Assembly (NCBI GenBank): GCA_016183025.1
Contig: JACPFL010000027.1
Location: forward strand, 1-60,663
Length of the DNA: 60,663 nucleotides
Source of the DNA: Deltaproteobacteria bacterium
GTDB taxonomy: Bacteria; Desulfobacterota; JACPFL01
Reading direction: 5' to 3'
This document shows, piece by piece, positions 33,922 to 42,667 of this stretch (its first letter is position 1; each line of letters opens with the position of its first letter). The position numbers and the translations under genes were made by a program. The notes under the pieces are model-generated. The model had not been told where the DNA came from. It made no database searches and worked only from the letters and a program-made list of their open reading frames with translations.

Positions 33922-34707
33922 GTGGGCGGGGATCACGTGCAGGGCGGGCCGCTGGCCGTCGTCACGGCCGTGGGCCCGGAGTCCCGCGCGGTGGCGCGGG
34001 CCCTGGGGCTCGTGCGGGATGGAACGGGCGAGATGGTCATGTACCGGGGTTGGCAGGGGGCCATGGTCCTGGGGCAGGTGGGCGTGGGCGAGCAGGCCGG
34101 GCCGGCGGCCCGGCGGTTCCTGGCGCTGGTCCACCCGCGCCTGGTCGTGGTCCTGGGGGTGGCCGGGGCGTTGCGCCCCGGCCTGCGGACCGGTGAGCTG
34201 ATCATCGCCGAGGCCGTGGCCCGGATGGGCGATGATCGGGCGGCACGGTCGGTCGAGGTGGCGCTGCGGACCTGGGCCCGGAAGGCGGCCGCAGACGCCG
34301 GGATGAGCTGGTCAGAAGGGCTCCTGCTCACGGCGCCCGCCGTGGTGGGGACCCGGGAGGAGAAGATGGCCCTCGGGCGAGAGGGCGCGCTGGCGGTGGA
34401 CATGGAAAGCTGGCACATCGCCGAGGCCGCGGCGGCGATGGGGCGACCCTGCCTGATCGTCCGGGCGATCGCTGACGAGCTGGACGAGGCGCTGAGGCTG
34501 CCACCAGATACCTTCGTCGGCCCACGAGGCGGGGTGCGTGTCGGGAGGGCGCTGGGATTTCTCCTGTGCCATCCACATCGGCTGCCAGGACTGGTCCGCC
34601 TGGGGCGGCAGGTCGGCCGTGCCGGACGGGTGCTGGGAGCCTTCGGGGCGTCATTCGCGGCGAGCGTCGTTCATCATCACGTGTCATCATCCGGGGATTT
34701 CGCTTGA
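33922..34707 (+). CDS. hpnG: Hopanoid-associated phosphorylase/nucleosidase, HpnG-like (PNP/UDP family)
   Basis: I trimmed the track ORF (33664..) to GTG 33922, after the hpnH stop at 33916. LAVVTAVGPESRAV..., VVVLGVAGAL and GALAVDMESWHIAEAA fit the nucleoside phosphorylase fold. Confidence 0.75.
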   Translation: MGGDHVQGGPLAVVTAVGPESRAVARALGLVRDGTGEMVMYRGWQGAMVLGQVGVGEQAGPAARRFLALVHPRLVVVLGVAGALRPGLRTGELIIAEAVARMGDDRAARSVEVALRTWARKAAADAGMSWSEGLLLTAPAVVGTREEKMALGREGALAVDMESWHIAEAAAAMGRPCLIVRAIADELDEALRLPPDTFVGPRGGVRVGRALGFLLCHPHRLPGLVRLGRQVGRAGRVLGAFGASFAASVVHHHVSSSGDFA

Positions 34708-34731
34708 CACGGCGAGGAGGGGGGCTACAAT
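34704..34731 (+). promoter_or_regulatory. Near-consensus sigma70 promoter for yjbQ
   Basis: TTGACA (34704-34709), a 16-nt spacer, then TACAAT (34726-34731). It overlaps the last codons of hpnG and is followed by a leader of about 95 nt. Confidence 0.45.
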
Positions 34732-34825
34732 TTTGTCATTCATCCCCCGCTATCCGTGTCACGGTGGCAACCCTGAGCGGGCATCGTCGACACGATCCCG
34801 ATCATTCGTCGAGGAACTCATCCCG

Positions 34826-35269
34826 ATGAGACATGTATCCGAAGTCATCCAGATCAAAACCGGGAAGTCGCTGGACTTCGTGGACATCACCGATCAGGTG
34901 GTGGCGATCGTGGAGCGCGCTGCGGTCCGGAACGGGTTCGTGAACATCCAGTCGAAGCACACGACGGCTGGGGTGATCGTGAACGAGAACGAGCCCCTCG
35001 TCCTGCAGGACATGTGCGACATCCTGGAGAGTCTCGCCCCGCAGGGGGTGCCCTACCGGCACGACGACTTCTCAGTGCGGGTCGTCAACATGTGCGAGGA
35101 CGAGTTCCAGAACGGGCACGCGCACTGCAAGGCCCTGTTCATCCGGACCAGCGAGACGCTCAACATCGTCGAGGGGAAGGTCCAGTTCGGGCGATGGCAG
35201 CGTGTCTTCCTGCTCGAGTTGGACCGGCCGCGCGTGCGGGAAGTCTCGGTGGTCGTCCTCGGGGACTGA
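34826..35269 (+). CDS. yjbQ: YjbQ/UPF0047 family protein (secondary thiamine-phosphate synthase family)
   Basis: I trimmed the track ORF to ATG 34826. DITDQVVAIVERAAVRNGFVNIQSKHTTAGVIVNENEP ... NGHAHCKALF ... GRWQRVFLLELD is the characteristic UPF0047 sequence of 147 aa. Confidence 0.85.
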   Translation: MRHVSEVIQIKTGKSLDFVDITDQVVAIVERAAVRNGFVNIQSKHTTAGVIVNENEPLVLQDMCDILESLAPQGVPYRHDDFSVRVVNMCEDEFQNGHAHCKALFIRTSETLNIVEGKVQFGRWQRVFLLELDRPRVREVSVVVLGD

Positions 35270-35367
35270 CCGCCGCCCCGCCACTCGACCGGCTGAGCGA
35301 GAGTCCGGACCAGCTCGCCCAGGGAGATCCAGGGTGCCGTCCGAGCGCGTCCCGTTCCGTCCCGCCC

Positions 35368-35397
35368 CCGGCCCGACGCGGCCTCGCGTCCGGCCGG
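35368..35397 (+). terminator. Strong GC hairpin between yjbQ and the squalene-synthase-family gene (terminator or translational control element)
   Basis: CCGGCC-c-GACGCG-gcct-CGCGTC-c-GGCCGG gives 12 bp with symmetric 1-nt bulges. It ends 3 nt before the GGAGGGAGGG SD of the gene starting at 35418. No U-tract is present. Confidence 0.3.
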
Positions 35398-35417
35398 GGG
35401 GGAGGGAGGGTTAGGGC

Positions 35418-36278
35418 GTGGGGGTCCAGGTCACGGACCTCGAGCGCTACTGCCGGGAGCTGACCCGCCGCAGCCGCACGAACTTCTACTACGCCTTTCT
35501 ATTCCTCCCCCGGGTCAAGCGCGAAGCCCTCTTCTCGGTCTACGGGATCTGCCGGAAGATCGACGACGTCGCGGACGAAGCGGCCCCCGAGGGGGGGCGC
35601 GCCGACGCCCTGCGGGAGTGGCGCCTGGAGATCGAGCGGGCGTACGCCGGGCAGCCCATCCAGCCCCTCACGGCGAAGCTGGCCGAGGTCGTCCGGCACT
35701 TTCCCATCCCCAGAGCGTACTTCGACGAGCTGATCGCCGGGGTGGAGATGGACCTCAAACAGTCCCGCTACGCCACCTTCGATGAGCTGTACCGGTACTG
35801 TTACCGTGTGGCCTCCGTGGTGGGGCTGATCTGCATCGAGATCTTCGGCTACCGCAACCCGCGCACCCGGGAGTACGCGGTGAGCCTGGGGGTGGCCCTC
35901 CAGCTCACCAACATCCTCCGAGACCTCCGGGCCGACGCGCTCCGGGACCGGGTGTACCTGCCCCAGGAGGAGCTGGAACGCTTCGGCTACCCCGAGGAGG
36001 CCCTCCTGCGGGGGGAGACCTCAGAGGCCTTCCACCGTCTGCTCGCCTTTCAGTGCGCCCGGGCCCGGGAGTACTTCAGCCGGGCCGCGACCCAACTCCC
36101 ACGCGAAGACCGGCGCACGCTCTTCGCCGGGGAGATCATGGGCGCCATCTACTATCGCCTGCTCCGGCGGATCGAGCGAGGCGGAGACCTCGTGCTCCGC
36201 ACCGCCGTGGCCGTGCCGCGCGCCGAGAAGCTCCTGATCGCCTTGCGCCTGTGGCTCTGGAGTCGTCTGTTCTGGTAG
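35418..36278 (+). CDS. Squalene/phytoene synthase family protein (HpnD/HpnC/Sqs-like)
   Basis: The 286-aa protein has YYAFLFLP, the first Asp-rich motif CRKIDDVADE, YCYRVASVVG, and the second motif NILRDLRADALRDRVYLP. The start is GTG 35418, with the SD 7 nt upstream. Confidence 0.85.
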   Translation: MGVQVTDLERYCRELTRRSRTNFYYAFLFLPRVKREALFSVYGICRKIDDVADEAAPEGGRADALREWRLEIERAYAGQPIQPLTAKLAEVVRHFPIPRAYFDELIAGVEMDLKQSRYATFDELYRYCYRVASVVGLICIEIFGYRNPRTREYAVSLGVALQLTNILRDLRADALRDRVYLPQEELERFGYPEEALLRGETSEAFHRLLAFQCARAREYFSRAATQLPREDRRTLFAGEIMGAIYYRLLRRIERGGDLVLRTAVAVPRAEKLLIALRLWLWSRLFW

Positions 36279-36290
36279 TGAGGCGGCCCG

Positions 36291-37682
36291 ATGAGCACAG
36301 TCTCCGAGGCGCTCGCTGCGTTCACGGCAGGGCTCCGTTGGCGGGATGTACCCTCACCCGTGCGCGAGCAGGTAGCCCGGCTCACCCTGGACACCCTCGG
36401 CATTGCTCTGGCCGCCTCCACCATGGAGTTCGGCCGAGCCGTGACCCGCACCGTGACGGTCATGGGCGGCACGCCGGAAAGCACGGTGATCGGCAGCCCG
36501 GTGCGCGTGCCGGCCGCGCAGGCTGTCCTGGCCAACGGCACCCTGGCCCATGGCCTGGACTTCGACGACACGCTGGAGGACGCTATCGTCCACACCGGGT
36601 GCGTGGCGGTCACCACGGCCCTGGCCGTGGGGGAGGCGGTCGGCGCTCGCGGGGGTCAAGTGCTCGAGGCTGCCCTGGCCGGGGTCGAGGTCATGGCCCG
36701 CCTGGGGCTCGCCGCGCCGGGACAGTTCCACGCCCGGGGGTTCCACCCCACGGCGCTCTGCGCGCCGCTCGGCGGTGCCACGGTGGCCGGCAAGCTTTAC
36801 GGACTCACAGAGGCCCAGCTCGTCCACGCCTACGGTCTGGCGGGGAGCCAGGCGGGAGGGATCATCGAGTACCTCGCCGACGGCTCCTGGACCAAGCGGC
36901 TCCATCCCGGATGGGGCGCGCATGCGGGGGTCCTGGCGGCGCTCCTGGCGCGGGAGGGGTTCACCGGGCCCCGGACGGTCTTCGAGGGACGCCAGGGGTT
37001 CTTCCGGGCCTTCGGCGGGCTCGAGGGCGCGGCCCGCGCACGCCTGGACGAGGGGCTCGGCACGCTGGGCGCAACGTGGAGCGTGACCCACCTGATGTTC
37101 AAGTCCTATCCCTGTGGCTCGATCGCCCACCCCTATATGGACTGCGCCAGCCGCCTGCGCGGGGAGCATCGCCTGGACCCGGAGGAGATCGTCGAGGTCC
37201 GGTGTCGCACGGCCCCCGGCCCTGTCCCACGCCTGTGGGAGCCGCTCGGCGAGAAACAGTCGCCGGGCACGGGCTACGGGGCGAAGTTCAGTCTCCCCTA
37301 CCTGCTCGCCGTCATGCTGTCGCGAGGACGGACGACGCTGGCTGAGTTCACGGACGAGGCCGTGCAGGACCCGTCGGTGCGGGCTCTGGCCCGGCGGATC
37401 AGCTACGAGCTCGACCCGACGATCGACTACCCCAAGCACTTTCTAGGCCACGTCCGGGTTACGCTGCGGGACGGTCAGGTGCTCGAGGCGTGGCAGGAGC
37501 ACCCACGGGGAGGTCCTGATCACCCTCTGCCGCTCGAAGAACTCACGGCCAAGTTCTACCAGAACGCCGGGCTGGCGGTGCCCGGAGTCGAGGCGGAGGC
37601 GTTGGGCGAGGCCATCCTCAGCCTGGAGACGCTGCCCGCGGTGTCGTCCCTGGCCGCTCGTCTCGCGAGCGGCCCGGCATAG
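36291..37682 (+). CDS. MmgE/PrpD-family protein (paralogue 2)
   Basis: The 463-aa protein shows ANGTLAHGLDFDDT, ARGFHPTALCAPLGGATVAGKL and KRLHPGWGAHAGVLAALLAREGF. It starts 12 nt after the upstream stop. Confidence 0.85.
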   Translation: MSTVSEALAAFTAGLRWRDVPSPVREQVARLTLDTLGIALAASTMEFGRAVTRTVTVMGGTPESTVIGSPVRVPAAQAVLANGTLAHGLDFDDTLEDAIVHTGCVAVTTALAVGEAVGARGGQVLEAALAGVEVMARLGLAAPGQFHARGFHPTALCAPLGGATVAGKLYGLTEAQLVHAYGLAGSQAGGIIEYLADGSWTKRLHPGWGAHAGVLAALLAREGFTGPRTVFEGRQGFFRAFGGLEGAARARLDEGLGTLGATWSVTHLMFKSYPCGSIAHPYMDCASRLRGEHRLDPEEIVEVRCRTAPGPVPRLWEPLGEKQSPGTGYGAKFSLPYLLAVMLSRGRTTLAEFTDEAVQDPSVRALARRISYELDPTIDYPKHFLGHVRVTLRDGQVLEAWQEHPRGGPDHPLPLEELTAKFYQNAGLAVPGVEAEALGEAILSLETLPAVSSLAARLASGPA

Positions 37683-37702
37683 GAACGGAGGAGGGATTCC
37701 CC

Positions 37703-38731
37703 ATGCGGTCCAGTCGTTCGTCCATCCCGCTCATCCTGGCCCTGGCGGCCGCCGTGCTCATGGCCGCCCGCCCCGCCCCCGGCGCCGACCCGCGCCTTGA
37801 GGCCGCCAAGCGGGAGGGCAAGGTCACCTGGTACACCTCGGTCGCCCTCACCACGGCCGAGCGGATCGCCAAGCTGTTCGAGTCGGCCTTCGGCGTGCCG
37901 GTGGCCGTGAACCGCACGGGGTCGCAGCGCGTGCTGCAGCGGGTACTCCAGGAGGCCCAGGCGGGGATCAAGGTCGTGGACGTCATCCAGACCTCGGACG
38001 CCGGCCACTTCGTCCTGCTGAAATCCAAGGGGCTGCTGGCCCGCTACATCCCGGCCGGCACCGAGGGGTTCCCGGCGGCGTTCAAGGACCGGGACGGCTC
38101 CTACCTGGGGTGGCGCGCCACCCTCTCCGTCATCGCCTACAATCCGAAGCTCGTGCCGGCCGCCGAGGCCCCCAGGAGCTGGAAGGACCTGCTCCAGCCG
38201 AAGTGGAAGGGGAAGCTCGTCAAGGCCCACCCGGGGTACAGCGGGATCATCGCCACCGGGATGCTCGCCCTGGTCAAGGAGTTCAGTTGGGACTACTTCC
38301 GCCAGCTCGCGAAGAACGGTCCCATGATCGTCCAGTCCGCAAACGATCCGGCCCAGGTGGTGGCCTCGGGCGAGCGCCCGGTGGCGGCAGATGGGGCGGA
38401 GTATTTCCTCTACAGCCAGCGCAAAAAGGGGAACCCGCTGGCCATCGTCTACCCGGCGGAGGGGGTCCCGCTGGTCATCTCCCCCACGGCCATCGCCCGG
38501 GATGCCCCGCATCCTGCCGCGGCGCGGCTGTTCACGGATTTCATCTTCACCAAGGCGGTCCAGCAGCTCATGGCGGACCGCGAGGGGCTGTATGTCCCGC
38601 ACCCGGAGGTCACCTACCCGGCGGATAAGCCGAAGCTCAAGGACCTGAAGCTCCTGCAGGTGGACGCCGAGGAGCTCGAGAGCCGGAACCAGGAGCTGAA
38701 GCGGACCTTCGCCGAGATCTTCGGCGTCTGA
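37703..38731 (+). CDS. ABC transporter substrate-binding protein, Fe(III)/AfuA-FbpA-like solute-binding family 1
   Basis: It has a signal peptide (SIPLILALAAAVLMAARPAPG), then KVTWYTS..., IQTSDAGHF and AHPGYSG... Permease and ATPase genes of the same transporter type follow. Confidence 0.8.
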   Translation: MRSSRSSIPLILALAAAVLMAARPAPGADPRLEAAKREGKVTWYTSVALTTAERIAKLFESAFGVPVAVNRTGSQRVLQRVLQEAQAGIKVVDVIQTSDAGHFVLLKSKGLLARYIPAGTEGFPAAFKDRDGSYLGWRATLSVIAYNPKLVPAAEAPRSWKDLLQPKWKGKLVKAHPGYSGIIATGMLALVKEFSWDYFRQLAKNGPMIVQSANDPAQVVASGERPVAADGAEYFLYSQRKKGNPLAIVYPAEGVPLVISPTAIARDAPHPAAARLFTDFIFTKAVQQLMADREGLYVPHPEVTYPADKPKLKDLKLLQVDAEELESRNQELKRTFAEIFGV

Positions 38732-38758
38732 CGCCGGTCCCGCTGGAGAGGCTCTAGC

Positions 38759-40471
38759 ATGGACCTCGCGGCCCCCGCTGGCAGCCGCGCGGGGCCCTCG
38801 CGCTGGCTGGCGCTGGACCGGAGCACGCCGCTCTGGGCCTTGCTCGCCCTGGTCCTCGTCGTCCTCGTGCTCCTGCCCCTGGCCTGGCTCCTCGCCAGCA
38901 GCCTGCGGGGGGCCGAGGGGATCACCCTCCGCCACTACCTGACGCTCGCGACCGAACCGCAGTACCTCCAGGCGGTCCGCTATACGCTCCTGCTGGGACT
39001 CGGGGTGGGGCTGCTCAGCGCACTCGTCGGCGCCCCCATGGGCTGGCTCGTGGCGCGGACTGACCTGCCGGGCAAGCGCGTGATCCGCGCCCTGGTGCTC
39101 GCCTCGTTCGTCACCCCCCCGTACCTCGGGGCTTTCGCCTGGACCATGCTCGCCGGGCCCAACGCTGGCTTCCTCAACAAGCTCTTCCGGGACTTGACGG
39201 GCGCCGAGGGCCACCTGGTGAACATCTTCACCACGGGCGGGCTCATCTTCGTCATGTTCCTCTACTCCTACCCCTACGTCTTCACCATGGTCGCCAACGC
39301 CCTCGAGCTGATCCCCTCGGAGCTAGAGGAGGCGGCCCAGATGCTCGGGGCCGGACGCTCCCGCACAGCGCTGAGCATCACCCTCCCGCTCGCGGCCCCG
39401 GCCCTGACCGGGGGGTTCATCCTGGGGTTCCTGCAGGCCCTGACGCTCTTCGGCTCTCCAGCCATCCTGGCCATGCCGGCCGGCGTTCATACGATCACGA
39501 CGCGGATCTGGGCGCTGTTCCAGTACCCCCCGCGCGTGGAGGTGGCCGCCGCGCTCTCCCTGCCTCTGCTCCTGGTCGCTGCCCTGCTCCTCGCCCTCCA
39601 GCGGGGGTGGCTCGGCCGGAAGGGGTATGCGACGGTGGGGGGGCGTGGGGCGGCCCGGCAGGTGATCCCCCTCGGGCCCTGGCGCTGGCCCGCCCTGGGG
39701 TTCTGCCTGCTGCTGCTCGCCCTGGCGGTGGGCTTCCCCTACCTCATCCTGGCCAAGGCCGCGATGGTGCGCGCGTGGGCTCAGCCCCTCACCTGGGAAA
39801 ACCTGACCTTCCAGAATCTCCAGTTCACCTGGGAGTACGGCGCCACCCGGGAGGCCCTCTGGAACACGCTGAAGCTCGGAATCCTGAGCGCCACAGCCGG
39901 CGTCGGCCTCGCCACGGCCATCGCCTACATCGTCAACCGGGGGCTGCTGCGTGGCGCCCACGTCTTGACCTTCCTCGCCACGGCGCCCATCGCCATCCCG
40001 GGGGTCGTGCTCGCCGTGGGGCTCTTCGTCGCCTACACCCAACCGCCCCTGGTCCTCTACGGGACGGTCTGGATCCTGTTCGTCGCCTACCTCACCAAGG
40101 AGATGCCGATCGGCTATGCTCAGGCGGATGCCACGTTCCGGGGAATCCACCCCGAGCTGGAGGACGCCAGCCGCATCCTCGGCGCGGGCCGGGTGCGCGC
40201 CCTGCTGGACGTCACAGTCCCCCTGGCCCGCAGCGGCGTCGTCGCGGCCTGGTGCTTCATCTTCATCGGGGCCATCCGGGAGCTGTCGGCCTCGATCCTG
40301 CTCTTCACCTCCCAGTCGCGCGTCATCTCCGTCGTGATCTTCGACCTGAAGGAGGAGGGCCACTTCGGGGCGATCGCCGTCTTGGGGCTCCTGCTCCTGG
40401 CGCTCACCTTCCTGGTCGTCCTGGGGATGGAGCGGGTGGCCGGTCGCAGCATCCTGGGGTCCCGGGAGTAG
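38759..40471 (+). CDS. ABC transporter permease, two fused BPD-type transmembrane domains (FbpB-like)
   Basis: The 570-aa protein has two EAA-like loops (ELEEAAQMLGAGRSRTALSITLPL and ELEDASRILGAGRVRALLDVTVPL). Confidence 0.9.
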   Translation: MDLAAPAGSRAGPSRWLALDRSTPLWALLALVLVVLVLLPLAWLLASSLRGAEGITLRHYLTLATEPQYLQAVRYTLLLGLGVGLLSALVGAPMGWLVARTDLPGKRVIRALVLASFVTPPYLGAFAWTMLAGPNAGFLNKLFRDLTGAEGHLVNIFTTGGLIFVMFLYSYPYVFTMVANALELIPSELEEAAQMLGAGRSRTALSITLPLAAPALTGGFILGFLQALTLFGSPAILAMPAGVHTITTRIWALFQYPPRVEVAAALSLPLLLVAALLLALQRGWLGRKGYATVGGRGAARQVIPLGPWRWPALGFCLLLLALAVGFPYLILAKAAMVRAWAQPLTWENLTFQNLQFTWEYGATREALWNTLKLGILSATAGVGLATAIAYIVNRGLLRGAHVLTFLATAPIAIPGVVLAVGLFVAYTQPPLVLYGTVWILFVAYLTKEMPIGYAQADATFRGIHPELEDASRILGAGRVRALLDVTVPLARSGVVAAWCFIFIGAIRELSASILLFTSQSRVISVVIFDLKEEGHFGAIAVLGLLLLALTFLVVLGMERVAGRSILGSRE

Positions 40472-40490
40472 GCGTGGGGAGGGGGCCCTG

Positions 40491-41570
40491 ATGGCCGCCA
40501 TCACCTTCCGGGGGCTCACCAAGCGCTTCGGGGTGACGCTGGCCGTGGACCGGGTGGATCTCTCGGTGGCCCACGGCGAGTTCGTCTCCTTACTCGGTCC
40601 CTCCGGGTGCGGCAAGACGACCACCCTGCGCCTGGCCGCCGGCTTCCTGCGGCCGGATACCGGCGAGGTCCTGGTGGACGGCAACATCGTCTCCTCGCCC
40701 GAGGCCGTCGTGCCGCCCGAGCGGCGGCGGATGTCCATGATCTTCCAGAGCTATGCCCTGTGGCCGCACCGGAGCGTCTTCGAGAACGTGGCCTACGGGC
40801 TGAGGCTCCGGGGGCTGCCGCGCGGAGAAATCTGGCGAAAGGTGCTGGCCATGCTCGCGGTCGTCCAGATGGAGGGGCTGGCTGACCGGTACCCGGGGGA
40901 GCTCTCGGGGGGCCAGCAGCAGCGGGTGGCCCTCGCCCGGGCCCTGGTGGTCGAGCCCGAGATCCTCCTGCTCGACGAGCCGCTCTCGAATCTCGATGCC
41001 AACCTCCGCGAGGAGCTGCGCTTCGAGATCCGCCGCCTGCACCAGGAGTTCGGGATCACCATGCTCTACGTGACCCACGACCAGGCCGAGGCCGTGGTCA
41101 CCTCGGACCGGATCGCGGTGATGCAGGCGGGCCGGATCGCGCAGGTGGGACGGCCGGAGGAGATCTTCGAGCGGCCGCGCACCCGGTTCGTGGCCGAGTT
41201 CATCGGGCGCACCAACGTCCTGCCAGGCGTGCTCCGGGAACTGGGGTCGCTGGACCTCGGCCCGCTCGTCGTCCGGGCGCCCAATGCGCCAGAGGTCCGG
41301 GTCGGAGAGCGGGCGGCCCTCTGCGTGCGCCCCGCGCGCGTCCGCCTCCGAGATGCGGCGATACCGGAGGCTCGGGGCGGGGAACTTCCGGGAGTGGTGG
41401 AGCGTGCGGTCTACGTGGGGGACGCGATGGAGTACCTGGTCCGCCTGGCCGGGAGCGAGCACCGGCTGCGGGCCCTGACGCCGCCTGACCAGCGGTTCCG
41501 GGCGGGGCAGGCCGTCCTCGTGGCCCTTGACCCCGCCCGCAGCGTCCTCATCCCCGACGAAGCCGGCTGA
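40491..41570 (+). CDS. ABC transporter ATP-binding protein (FbpC/PotA-like)
   Basis: All the standard motifs are present: Walker A GPSGCGKTT, Q-loop, signature LSGGQQQRVALARAL, Walker B LLLDEPLS, an H-loop, and a C-terminal TOBE-like domain. Confidence 0.95.
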   Translation: MAAITFRGLTKRFGVTLAVDRVDLSVAHGEFVSLLGPSGCGKTTTLRLAAGFLRPDTGEVLVDGNIVSSPEAVVPPERRRMSMIFQSYALWPHRSVFENVAYGLRLRGLPRGEIWRKVLAMLAVVQMEGLADRYPGELSGGQQQRVALARALVVEPEILLLDEPLSNLDANLREELRFEIRRLHQEFGITMLYVTHDQAEAVVTSDRIAVMQAGRIAQVGRPEEIFERPRTRFVAEFIGRTNVLPGVLRELGSLDLGPLVVRAPNAPEVRVGERAALCVRPARVRLRDAAIPEARGGELPGVVERAVYVGDAMEYLVRLAGSEHRLRALTPPDQRFRAGQAVLVALDPARSVLIPDEAG

Positions 41571-41629
41571 TCTGTGGGGCTCCTGGCGCGCCCCCGCCAG
41601 GCTGGGCTGGGCGTAGCGATGCCGCTACC

Positions 41630-41794
41630 ATGCGCAGATGGCCGCAGAGCATCGTGCTCTCCCTCCTCGCCTTTGACATGTGGGAGGGCGGGCAGTATAA
41701 CGTCGTGACGGCGCTCGGGGTGTTGATGGTGCTCCTGTTGATGCTCATAGCGGCAGGGGCCCGCGGGCTAGGCGCCAGGAGTGGTCTCGTGCAG
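41630..41794 (+). pseudogene. Probable relic of the 3' end of a second ABC permease gene
   Basis: The translation QSIVLSLLAFDMWEGGQYNVVTALGVLMVLLLMLIAAGARGL parallels the C-terminus of the intact permease (RVISVVIFDLKEEGHFGAIAVLGLLLLALTFLVVLGMERV). The remainder of track ORF 41630..42145 is Gly/Arg-rich and overlaps the PagL-like gene. Confidence 0.35.
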
Positions 41795-41906
41795 GAGCGG
41801 AGAGGTCACGGCGGGTCGCCGGACGAGGAGGCGACACGGCCGATGATCAAGGTCACGGGGTTGGAGCATGGGACGCTGAGGTTGGACCGAGGAGGCGGGC
41901 GACGTC

Positions 41907-42608
41907 ATGAGGCGAGGACATGTGAGGCTGGCGGCAGGCGTGATGGTCCTGATGGCGGGGATGGGTGGTGGGAAGGGCCTTGCGGGCCCGGCGGAAGCCG
42001 GGCCTGGGGGGGACCCGGTGCTCGTGGGGCAGGCGACGCCCGGGGCCCCGGGTCCGGGGATGACGCCGGTCACGGTCAGGCCGGGCACCCTCCGAAAGGG
42101 GATGACGGAGTGGGGGGTGGAGCTGGGGTACGGCATCGTCCATGACATCCCCGACGAGAGCACGGACGTCGACTGGGTGGCCGTGCTCCCTCGCTGGGGC
42201 TATGTCTTCACCGATCCCGTGGGCCCGGCCTTCCTCAGGGGGAACGTGTACGGCATGATCGAGCCGATCCTGGCCCTGACCACTCGTCCGTTCAAAGGGT
42301 ACATCGCCGGGTTCACCCCGGTCGGGCGCTACATCGTGGAGACCGGCTCGGCCCTACGTCCGTTCCTCTCGTTTGGTGCCGGGGTGCTGCGCACCAACCT
42401 GGGGACGCGGATACGGGAGCTGGGATCCCGGTACAACTTCAGCCTGCAGGGCGGCCTGGTGGTCCTCTGGTTTACGAACGGACAGACGGCCATCAACGTC
42501 GAATACCGGTTTCACCACATCTCCAACGCGGGCACGGCCACACCCAACCGCGGCCTGAACGCGAGCTTCCTGCTCGTGGGCGTCTCGACTTTCCTGGGAC
42601 AGCGCTGA
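41907..42608 (+). CDS. Acyloxyacyl hydrolase / lipid A 3-O-deacylase (PagL-like) outer-membrane protein
   Basis: The protein has a signal-like N-terminus and alternating beta-barrel-type segments. The HHISNAG motif matches the His-x-Ser catalytic pair context of PagL. Confidence 0.65.
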   Translation: MRRGHVRLAAGVMVLMAGMGGGKGLAGPAEAGPGGDPVLVGQATPGAPGPGMTPVTVRPGTLRKGMTEWGVELGYGIVHDIPDESTDVDWVAVLPRWGYVFTDPVGPAFLRGNVYGMIEPILALTTRPFKGYIAGFTPVGRYIVETGSALRPFLSFGAGVLRTNLGTRIRELGSRYNFSLQGGLVVLWFTNGQTAINVEYRFHHISNAGTATPNRGLNASFLLVGVSTFLGQR

Positions 42609-42633
42609 CCGGGCTGGCCAGGGGGGCCAGGGG

Positions 42634-42665
42634 GCAAGGCAAAGCAAGGTAACTGCAAGGTAACC
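42634..42665 (+). repeat. Three direct repeats (GCAAGG / GCAAGGTAAC x2) at 10-11-nt spacing, abutting the -35 of the porin promoter
   Basis: GCAAGGcaaa is at 42634-42643, GCAAGGTAACt at 42644-42654, and GCAAGGTAACc at 42655-42665. TTGACA follows at 42668. Confidence 0.6.
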
Positions 42666-42667
42666 CC

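Noticed and set aside
34732-34825. TPP riboswitch in the yjbQ leader, considered because the YjbQ family is linked to thiamine phosphate synthesis.
   Set aside because: The universally conserved TPP-riboswitch segments (CUGAGA and ACCUGAUCUGGAUAAUGCCAGCG-like) are absent. I report only generic hairpins, under findings.
41630-42145. The 171-aa track ORF taken as a genuine gene upstream of, and overlapping, the PagL-like gene.
   Set aside because: Only the first ~55 codons look protein-like (the permease C-terminus relic). The rest is Gly/Arg/Asp-rich and overlaps the better-supported PagL-like frame.
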